Part shown: positions 13,249 to 23,535 of the stretch, piece by piece
Numbering within the stretch: the first letter of the stretch is position 1
Layout of the letters: the number at the start of each line of letters is the position of its first letter
From: Jimgerdemannia flammicorona
Lineage: Eukaryota
NCBI GenBank assembly: GCA_003990765.1
Contig: RBNJ01000045.1
Location: 1 to 47,603, forward strand
Direction: 5' to 3'
Length of the DNA stretch: 47,603 nucleotides
The notes under the pieces: generated by a model
Database searches by the model: none
The model's input: the letters and a program-made list of their open reading frames with translations, nothing else
What the model was told of the DNA's origin: nothing
Translations under genes and position numbers: made by a program

Positions 13249-16200
13249 CATCATTTCCTTGTTCTATCATGAAAATTCACAAAAAGCTTTTTCTGTTCAC
13301 TGTTGACCTTTTACCGCCAATCTTCATATCTGCTGTAACAGCATCACATCTTGCTCTAAACTATTCCTCTATTCTCTACTCGTTTTATAATATACAACAT
13401 GACAGACAATATGAATATAGATGGCGATACTGCTGTCCCCCCTACTTCCTTCATCAGTTTGGCAGAGTTTGACAACCTGGCAGCCTATATCACCGCTGTG
13501 TCTACCGAGATCCCCACTTACTTCCATGCTACTTGCACTGGAGTGCTTTCTGCCCTTGAAGTCATCACCATGAAGGAACACCATGCTGATTTTTTAAAGG
13601 CCCAAGTTGCTGACTGGAAGTTTACTCCTTCCAAGAAGGTAGCTGCTATGATCGCCCTCCTTCCTGAGGAGCAGTATGATGCTGCCCTTGCTACTGCTTC
13701 AGCAGAAGCCAAGTGCCATGCCATGGCTATGGTTGAGGCTGCTATGACTACTAATGTTGCCACCGCCCAGTATGCTAAGGACCAGCATGCTAAAATTGAC
13801 AAAGCCATGCAAGTGTCAACAGAGGCCTATAACTTTTTTGGTATCTCTACTGATATCTCGCAAGGGGCTGGGAAGAATATTGCTACCCTCGCTGCCACCA
13901 ACTGAGCCAAGATGACCTTGTTTCTGCTCTATGGTTTTGACATTGTCATGTGTCAATCTCGCCATCTTGCCACTACCACCACTGCTAAAGCTGCTGCCAC
14001 CACAGTCTGTCTGACTGTCTCTGCATCCTCCTCTCTGCAAGATGGGATCTCTGCCGCTGCCCACAAAGCCATGGTTGAGGAGCTTGAGAAGCGCCCAGAG
14101 ATCATTACTCCGGGTGCAAAATGCACATTTGCTTCTGCTGCTGCCAGTTCCGCCCAACTGAAAAAGAGTGTCCCCACTCCCCGACCTGATTCCGCTGTGC
14201 CTATGGGGGCTGTGGAAAAGGCAAAGGTGGTGAGCGCGACTTCGGCCTCTGCTGCGCTGAACTGCCATAGCTGTTCTGGATGTCTCAGTGTACCTATAAA
14301 GGCCCACTGAGGTCCTTGTCCCCTAGCCCCTGCTGAGATAATGGGTTCTGTAAAAGGGATCAAGCGAGTACATAAGGCTTTGCCTTCCCCGTCTGTTTCT
14401 TCTGCTTCCACTAAGACCAGCCACTCATTGACTTCGAGCTGCTCATCTAAGAGCACCACCAGAGTGTTTGTGTCGCAGTGCAACAAGTGTACTGCCATCA
14501 AACATCATGTTGTCTGGCATAATGCCAGTGACATCTGAGTCCTCTAGCATTAAAAAACTAGAGGTCCCTGGCCCGGAAGTCTTATATGACTTCCCAGCAG
14601 CATGGTTTGGCCCTGATGTCCCCATTCCACATGGGGTAGTGGCCTCAACACCAATTGAGGATTTTGCCTTCATGTCTTCTCTTCCTGATTCTCACTTAAG
14701 TCAGTTTTTCGTCCCTCAGTTTCAGATGTTTACTGAGGAGGGCTTTGTTACCAATATACCTCCACCTTGGCTTACTTCCGAGCTCACATATATGCTGAAC
14801 TTTGGCCCTAAGTTTGTTCTCCCTGAGTCAGCTTTGATGAATAGTACTATTGATCTGATTTCATTGTTGTCATTCCAATGGCGCCTCAACCTTGCCACCT
14901 TCTGGACCTCTATGGGTAATCCTGATGACATTCTGGAGATCTCTGCCTGAGTGCCATCTAAATGGCGACCACTGCATTATATGGAAAATATGCAAATTAT
15001 GCTTCATATGAGTGCTGCATTAAATCAAGCCATCCAACCCATAATGAATGTGTCTGGCGCGCTTATACTGAAGAAGTTCTGTCACCTTCTCAAAGACATC
15101 TGCACTCATGATGACTTTACTGTCTGTCTTACTGACAAAAATCTGGGGTTCACCATAATTCTATGTGCTCTGTATTTAGACAGTCTTTAGTCCCTCCTTC
15201 ACAATCCTGTGTACATGAATGATTTCTCTATGATTGATAATGTTAAGGAATCAGTGAGGCTAGACCTGCTTGGTCTACTCGAGTTCTGTATCGGCAACCG
15301 GAGTTATATGCCGATTTGAGAATACCTCATAGAGCCCAATGATTGCAAGCTATCCATATTTCATGCTTTGCCCAAGGTACACAAAGGGGCTTACATAGCA
15401 TGGTGCCCTATCATTGGTATATTTAACTCTCCCATGACTGAGATTTTGCATTTCCTATCTCACTTTCTCTATCTGTAGTTGGCCCATCTGTGCCATAATA
15501 TGGGTTATTCGCATTATTTACCTCTATGTGATATGTTAGAACTATTACAATTGGTTCAATCAGATTACCTTGATATGTCAGATTGCAACTATGTCGCTAC
15601 TAGGAATTTTGCCACCTTCTACACTAGGATTACACTTGATGAGTGTATTGACTGTCTCACTTTTTTGTCAATGGTGGCCTTCCCCCCTAGCTCTTTGCCA
15701 TTCTCGGCCTTGTCCGCATAGTCATGACTCATACAATGTTCACATCTGCCATCGGTTCCTTCCACTCTATGACTGGTATTGCTATGGGTACTAATTGTGC
15801 TCTGGATCTTGCCAATCTGGTTGGCTTTGCTCATGAGTTATATACCTTACAAGCACCCAATCATCTGCTCAGCTGAGCCATCACTACTGGGCTAAAGTTC
15901 CACTGGTATATTGATGATCTTATCATCTTATGCCCATAATTATGGACTTGGCCTCAATATTTGGTGCCGTGTACCCTCTGCACCATCGTATCGAATGAGA
16001 AGTCTTGTCCGCCAGACCGTGCCATTACTTAGACCTGGAAATCTGAGTTACACCATTCTACACAAGCTGTTTTGCCAAGTTTCTGCATAGTACTCAGTTT
16101 GTCGACTGGTTGAGCAATCATCCTAGGAAGATGTTCCATCTATATATTGTGAATAAGGCCTGCTGCCTTTTGCTACTCTGCTCATCTTACCGTGATTGGC

Positions 16201-17942
16201 TTGATAAGTATCAGTCTTTAGCTGAGTTCCTGGTTTACAGAAAAGGATACTCTATTGATGTTGTTATCACTTAATTGAGTTTGATTGATTGGCTTGAGGT
16301 CCAAACTTCACTTCTCACCCCTCCCCTTATTCTCCACCCCCCCATTCCCCACTCTGCTTTTCCTCTCCCATTGCTTGTCATCCAATATGACATGGCCTGA
16401 TAGCTACATCAACAGTCTGACAAGACTCTACATACCGCTTTGCTTTGTTTTGGTTTCCCTGTGACTGCCCGACAACCAATCATCACCTGAAAGAATGGTT
16501 TTACCATTCTTAATGCCATCTCAAATACTAGCTTCACTCTAAGTCCTCTATGAAGGCCGCACCACTCGTACGTGCTGTGCAATGTTTAAAAACATGAAAA
16601 ATCACCAGACAACCTCCAGTGTGAGGCTCTAGGCCTGACACCTGTGTACCTATACTCCATGACACCTGTCTACCTCCACTCACTTTGCTTGCTCTGGTGC
16701 CAAGGCTCTACTCTACTCTAGTTGCAATGCTCTAGGCCTGATGCCTGCACCTTTAGGTGCCGACAATTTTTAGGTTTTTAAACCTATAAGTGACAATCAT
16801 GTGACAATACATGACACATCATTGGTCTAGTTCCATTTTTAGCATCGTTTATTGTTTGTGTAACATTAGATCATGTGACTGGTACCTTTTCCCGATTGTT
16901 TCTATATCGGGTTTTTAATGGCCTATCACATGTATATAGTGCTCCGAACGAGTCAATCTGGATGGGATTCGGATGGATTTGAATCGGATTTGAATCGGAT
17001 TCGAATCGGATTCGAATCGGATTCGAATCGGATTCGAATCAACCATTGTTTTGATTTCCAAATTAGACAATTAAATGTTTACATCAATAACTTGATGAAT
17101 AATCATCCAAATTTGATGATCTTGGTGTCATTTGAAAGCCCTTAATAAGGCCTTTCTAATGATACCAAGAATATTAAAATCGGATTACATGTTGCCAAGA
17201 TATTAAGGAAAACGTTCCATTTGACGAAATTTCCAAAATCGGCAAATCAAAGAATTTCCAAAATCGGCGATTCAGACATTTTCCTTCATAACTCAGCAAC
17301 GCATGATCCGAATTCAATGTTCTTGGTATCATTAGATAGGCCTTATTAAGGGCTTTCAAATGACACCAAGATCATCAAATTTGGATGTAAACATTTAGTT
17401 GTCTAATTTGGAAATCAAAACAATGGTTGATTCGAATCCAATTCGAATCCGATTCGAATCCAATTCGAATCCATCCGGATGGGATTCGAATCCCATCTGA
17501 GTTGATCCAGATGGGATTCAATCCGAATCAATCCGAATCCAATCCAGATTAAATTGACTCGTTAGGAGCACTATATGTGTAGATTGATAAAGCCTGATTC
17601 AGACCTTTGTTTGGATCAGGGCAAGGCCCAGGTACTTATGCACCTGTCTGATTCCAGAATTCCGGGGTTAGATCTGTGTCTTTGTTTATCGGAACTTTGT
17701 TCTCTTTTTTAAATAAAGACCGCCATGTACTGTGGTGCCAAGGGTGGGTTGCAGATCTATTGCACCTTACTTTGGAAAACACTTTATTCCATTTCCTTGT
17801 TCCATTATAAAAATTCACAAAAAGCTTTTTCTATTCACTGTTTGACCTTTTACCACCGATCTTCATATCCACCATAACAGTTTCACATTTCGCTCTAAAC
17901 TATTCCTCTATTTTCTACTCATTTTATAATAAAAAAAAAAAA
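13249..17942 (+). mobile_element. Penelope-like retroelement copy B (ORF1 13399-14538, RT ~14540-16590), ~140-bp 5' pseudo-LTR, poly(A) tail
   Basis: Inverted homologue of copy A; TDKNLG, GIAMGTNCALDLANL, WYIDDL (15904-15921); ~13252-13391 repeats ~17790-17930; A-tract 17931-17942. Confidence 0.85.
16937..17573. mobile_element. hAT-family foldback MITE (637 bp) inserted in the 3' UTR of PLE copy B
   Basis: TIRs TAGTGCTCCGAACGAGTCAAT / ATTGACTCGTTAGGAGCACTA; degenerate 8-bp TSD CATGTATA/TATGTGTA; empty site (TGTGTGTA once) in the homologous sequence at ~9195 and ~13090; GATTCGAATC subterminal arrays. Confidence 0.92.
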
Positions 17943-18693
17943 CTTTCCTATGTAGATATATACTGATATTGTTCTTAAGATAACATTATTGTCACCTAAT
18001 TTGATAGATACAGGGTGCTTGAACTTCTCATATATAGAGAACTACTCATGATATACTATTATATACTGTATTATATTGAAATCTATAAGTCAGACTTCTT
18101 CACTATATATATAAGTACTTGGTATTGTAACATGCCCAGCTCAATTAAGGTGAATTATAAGATTGGAGGTTGGTGTAGTTTGTCTTAAGCCCCCAGTTAC
18201 TTTGTCGAAAAGCAATAAAATGTTCTAAGATTTCTGAGGTCCTTGGTGTTTAGTGGTATAATAGTTAATCTGAATATAATAGTTATTCCACTGATCATAT
18301 AGTGGTTGATTTGTGTATTGGTTTCCTTATTGGGTCAACTGGGAATTGGTAGAATTTCATATGTGGTATGAGCAGTTTCCTTCTTAAGTAATAGGTGATT
18401 TCTGTATAGCATGATGATCTCCTTATATATGATGGTCTGATAATTTAGCAGTTTCCTTTCTGAGTGATGAGTGATCTCTGTATAGTGCTCTCAAATGAAT
18501 CAAATCAATTCAAATTGAGTTTGAATCGAATCAAATTCAAATTAAATTGAGGATCTGATTCAAAACCTATTTTTAGGAATTCCAAATTCAATGGTCCTTA
18601 GCTTGTTAGATTCCCCTATATAAGAGAAATCTAACTAGCTAAAGATCATTAAATTTGGATATGTATTTGTTGAGTTATTTAATTTCTAAAAAT
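17942..18693 (+). repeat. Right copy of the ~750-bp direct duplication
   Basis: Matches 8076-8828; only this copy continues into the rest of the MITE and LTR. Confidence 0.95.
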
Positions 18694-19728
18694 AGAGTTC
18701 GAATCAGACCTCAAATTGAATTGGGCCTCAATTCAATTCATTGGGAGCACTATCTCTATGTGATGATCTCTGTATAGCATAATGATCTCCAAAAGTATGC
18801 AATTTCTGGATAACTCAATTTGGTGTGGATTCTCCTCAATCAGGCTCATTGAGAACAAACTAATAACTTGGGTGGTGCATATTCTTCTTACTGGGAATGA
18901 TACTGATGGCAGATTCTTCTTACTGGGGAATGGATAACTCAGATATGGATAATTTAGATAACTCAGATAACTTGAATGTCATAGATTCTTTCTGAATCAG
19001 TGAGGTTCTCTAGGAATGCAGATAACTTCAAAAATGGTGGATTCAACTGGAAAATATAACTGGCAGCTTTGGGAAAGGGTCTTTTGGCAAAGTTGCATCA
19101 AAGACTGGCTTTGTTTATGCAAATGGATTTACTGTGAAGTTGTATCAGAAACTGGCTTAAGCAAGGTGGCTTTCTCTTAGGCAGCAGAAAGGCAGAAATC
19201 TTCAGGCTTATTTGGCAAGCAAACCAATAGTACAGCTTATTCCTTAAGTGGTGGGTTTCTCTTCAAAAGGCAGCAAAGTTCTCCTTGAACTTGATAGTAA
19301 ACTTTAAGCTTATCTGGCAAGTGAACCAAGGCTTTGTATTGGAAAGTAGACCAGAGTGGAAAGGGGACCAATGCTCAATCTTTATAGGCTTCTTTGGTAT
19401 TTGTATTTCAGACTGAGGTTTATTCACTCTTATCTCTAGGGTAATTTATACATTGTGGTTACTATCTGGTTGCTATATAGCTAACTATAGATTTACTACT
19501 TCTGGTAATATTTGGATGTATCCTCTGAGTACAGATGTGTCTACCAGATGTAGGTGTATCCTCTGGACACAAGTAAACAACCCTGGTGTAGTATCCTGTC
19601 TAATTATAGGTATGGCGGGCATGAGTAACTATGATATACTGAAAGTCACATCATGCTAGCTAAGTATGCTAATTGTTTGCATCATCTGGCTAAGCTATTA
19701 TTTGGGTGATACATTTTGGTTTATTATA
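18126..19728 (-). repeat. 3' LTR of the dUTPase Gypsy (contains a MITE)
   Basis: TGTAAC...TTATTATA, homologous to 27271-28481; adjacent purine-rich tract (minus strand TTTAGTGGGGGCTGA, 19729-19743). Confidence 0.92.
18483..18752. mobile_element. hAT-family MITE (270 bp)
   Basis: TIRs TAGTGCTCTC / GGGAGCACTA; degenerate 8-bp TSD TCTCTGTA/TCTCTATG; absent from the other LTR (single TCTCTGTA at ~27620). Confidence 0.92.
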
Positions 19729-22700
19729 TCAGCCCCCACTAAAGGATGGTCTGTCCTCAGACTATCCTTTAGTCATTATTTCAATATATATAAGCATTTT
19801 CTGCATCAATATCTGTTCCATTATCTTTGTTGTCTGTACTAGAGTCACTCTATTCTAAAGGCTCCTCTTCTTCTTCAGGAAATAAAATTTCAACTTGGTG
19901 GATAATACTGAGATAGGTGGGCTGGGTCATTCTTTAGAGATCATTCAGAGAGAACTGGGCCTGGACTAGAGCTGAATGGTTTCATTTGTAGATTGTATAT
20001 AATCTTTCTGCAGTAGTAGAATTCTTTCTGTTTAGGCCAGTAGTGTTGCAGACATAGACTAGGTCTGAGAGGAGAAGATTCTGCAATTGTTCTCCAATTG
20101 CATAGTATGCCTGCAGCTGGTGGACCTGGAGTAGTCTCTCAGCCAGGGTGAGGCTTTCTTAGTGAACTCAGATTTTCTGAAGATATATTCCATTCGGTTC
20201 TTGGAACTGTAGCAGGGGATCTGGTAGGGCTTAAAGAGAACTGAGGACAGGGATCTGGAGGCAGTTGTCAATTCTCTAGTTCATGGTATGGGGAAAGATA
20301 TATCTTGAGGCAGTTGGTGTATACTGATGTCCTCAGGGTTCATCCATCCATACTTCTTAAATAGATACTGGTTCCTCTGATATTGTGTACAAGATAGGGT
20401 CCTTCCCACTTGGGCTCCAGTTTGGCAGTAAAATTCATCTCAATCATGCTTTTCTAAACTAGTACTTGATCTCCAATCTTGATCTCCTGATCCTTCTGCT
20501 TCTGGTCATAGTACTTCTTTTGTCTTTCTTGGGCTTTGATAATCTGAACTCAGGCCTGATTATGTAAATATTCTGCCTTCTTGAGATTCTCATGGTCAGC
20601 AGTTCTCGTCTTTTTGGCAAATATCATTTCGAATGGCTTTTGTTTGGTAGAGGCAGCAGGGGTATTCTGAATTTCCCATAGGATCTCAGGTAAGCAGAGG
20701 TCCCAGTTGATAGGATTGACTCAGGTAAGTCCTTTCTTGATAGTCTGGTTCATTCTTTCTATCATACCATTGGTCTGGGGGTGGTATAATGTGGTCCATT
20801 TGAGGTGGATCTTGTGAACTTGTGCATAACTTGTGATTATGTTGTTGCTGAATTCTGAGCCTCAGTCAGAGATGAGTTCTTCTGGAGGTCCATATCTGAG
20901 TGCGAGTCCATAGAGAAGGCCTACAATAGATAAGGCATCTGCAATTTCCATTGGGAAAGTCTTGGGCCACTTGGTCAGATATTCTACAAATATAAGGATA
21001 TACTTGTTTCTTCTTGGTGTAACTGGTAGAGGTTCAATTACATCTACTCCCTATCTCTGAAAGATGTTGTCTGGTGGTGTGATTGGTTGCAATGGTGCTT
21101 GGTAGTTCTTCCTTCCTTAGTACTTCTGGCAGGTGTCACATTTCTTAAGTATATTCTGGACTTGTGTTCTGAGGTTGGACCAATGTTGGTATATTATTTG
21201 CAGCTTCTCTTCTATATTTGCCTGTCCTTGATAAGCTTTCTGATATTCTTTTTGAATGAGATCTTCTTGTACCTTGATGGTCTGGGGAGCTTCCTTTAGG
21301 GTATAGTTCCTCAGAACACCCTTCTTCTGGTTTATTGGAGTTGGCAGGAAAGTACATCAACATTGTTGTGAGCTTTCTCTGCCTTGTGGATGATTGTGAT
21401 TTTGTAATCCTGAAGGATAAGGATCAAGTAGGCCAGGATTCTAGTAGGTTCCTTATAGTTGAATAGCCATTTGAGGGCCAAATGATCAGTTATCAGAGTG
21501 AACCTTTTTCTGATAAGGTAGTGTTTGAACAGGGTAACCACCCATATGACTGCAAGGCATTCCAATTTGGTGCTGCCATAATTCATCTGCTGCTGATTGG
21601 TAGCTCAGCTTGTATAAGCTATCATACGGTGTTAATGATCAGGTCCTTCTTGGGCTAGAACTACTTCCAGGCCATCTTTGGAAGCATCTGTGTTCAAGAT
21701 GAATAGCTTCTGTAGATTTGGGTGGATGAGGATTGGTACTGTAGTCATGCCATTCTTGAGTTCCTTGAAGGCTTTTTCTTATGACTCTGTCCATTTATTA
21801 GATACTCCTTTCTTGAGAAAGATTTGAATTAGGGCAGCAATTTGGACAAAGTCCTTGATAAACCTTCTGTAGTAGGATACTAGCATCAGGAATGATAGTG
21901 TTTCCTTCAGAGTCTTGGGAACTGGCCAATTATTAATCTTTATTTTCTTTGAGTCTGCATGGATTCCTTCTTTTGAAACTATAAATCTAAGGAATTCAAG
22001 TTTCTGTTTCCCAAAGTAGCATTTCTTAGTATTGAGTCTCAGGTGGTTCTTGTAGGTGAGCTTGAAGAATTCTTCTAGGTAGTGCAGACATTCTTTGAAA
22101 TTTGCTGAATAGATGTTAGAATCATCTATATATACAATCAGACAGTAGTAGATCAGGGGGATATAGACTGAATTCATCATCCTCTGGAAGGTGGGGGGTG
22201 TATTGCAAATTCCAAAGGGCATTTGGAGATATTCAAACAGTTTTCCTAAGCAAGGAAGGCTGTCTTTTGAATGGATCTCATGGAATCCTGCGAAAAGGTC
22301 CATACTGCTGAAGTATCTGACATCTTGTTACTGGTCCAAAAGGTCATCGATTCTTGGCAAAGGATAGGCATCCTTTTCAGTGACTGAATTGAGCTTCCTG
22401 TAATCTATACAGAGTCTCCATCCTCCTTTCTTTGGTACAATAAGTATAGGGCTGGCCCAAGGGCTGGCCCAAGGGCTGGTTGAGGGTTGGATGACTCTAT
22501 TGTCAAAGAGTTCTTGTATGTGCTCCTTTTCGAATATCTTTAGATGATGGGGTATTCTACAGGATTTCTGCCAGATGAGTGTTGCATTTCCTGTATTTAT
22601 ACTGTGGTGATATAATGAATTATATAGCAGATTGCCATAGTCTGTGGTGAAGATATCTTGATTTTTTTGAGGAGTTCTACTAGTTGTTGCCATTGCTGAG

Positions 22701-23144
22701 GTGTCAATTCCTCTCCAATGTTGGTGGAAGGCTTCACTGTCTCCTAGATTGCAGAGGGGCCTTTCCTTTCTTCCGGGACCTTTTGCTGTTTTCTGATAGG
22801 TTTAGCTCATAAACTTCTCTATGAGTTCAATTGAGAAAAGATGCGAGGTGTCCTATGATGGTTCCTTTAGACAGGATGATGGTTTCCCAACTTTGATTGG
22901 TTGCTCAGGAATGTACTGGGTTTATCTTATCAGAGAATATGTGTCCTTCAATGTCCAAGTGTGGGATATCTTCATTGGGTTCAAAGAAGAGGTTTCTGGG
23001 GTCAGGTGGTGCAAAGATTTCGAAGGTGGTTTGTTCTCCAGGCTCTAGGATCAGATTCTTGTACAGTTTAACTAATTGGTGGTGCACTTGCTGAGGAATA
23101 TTCCTCTTGAGATGATTGATCTGAAGGAGGTGTACTTCTTTCTT

Positions 23145-23535
23145 ATCTGAGCTTCCAAATCCTTTAGCTTGTCTTGTTCCTTCAGTCGGTTCAGAGACTT
23201 CTTGTAATTGTGGGGTCTTGACCTTCATGAAGACTGCTTGAGTAATCTTCTGTCCTCTTATGATTCAGTGCCATTCTGTGCTGCTGTTGTGCAGGATGAC
23301 CTTAATTTCGCCTGTATATCCTGGGTCAATAGTTCCTCCTTCCACAGTTATTCCTTGTCTGGCAAGTCCAGACCTTGAGGTTAGTTGAATATAAGTTCCT
23401 TGAGGTGGCTACATGGCTAGTCTGGTTCTAATCATAAATGTTTTTCCAGGCTTGATGGATTCATTCTCTAGACTGTGAAGGTCAAACCCTATATCTTCTG
23501 GGTGAGCTTTGGTCAGGGGTTTGGCTTTTGGATAT
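23145..23535 (-). pseudogene. Trimeric-type dUTPase domain within the Gypsy pol
   Basis: All five motifs readable in one frame: DIGFDLHS, LTSRSGLA, GGTIDPGYTGEIKVILHN, GQKITQAV, TRQAKGFGSS; two in-frame stops. Confidence 0.93.

Noticed and set aside
11628-14501. 182-aa ORFs at 11628-12176 (+) and 13953-14501 (-)
   Set aside because: Antisense to PLE ORF1 in Ala/Ser-rich sequence; open in both copies but no recognisable motif, so most likely shadow ORFs
16600-17930. Hammerhead ribozyme expected in PLE pseudo-LTRs
   Set aside because: No convincing CTGANGA...GAAA core with stems found by eye; mutation could hide it, so a covariance-model search is needed
8829-17942. DIRS/Ngaro element or a giant TIR transposon
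   Set aside because: No tyrosine recombinase, RNaseH or transposase seen; RT motifs (DKN, AMG..ANL, YIDD) are Penelope-type, and each arm has its own poly(A)
8076-18693. 750-bp duplication and inverted PLE pair as an assembly artefact
   Set aside because: Copies differ by many transitions, small indels and a MITE present in only one PLE copy; long-read confirmation is still advisable
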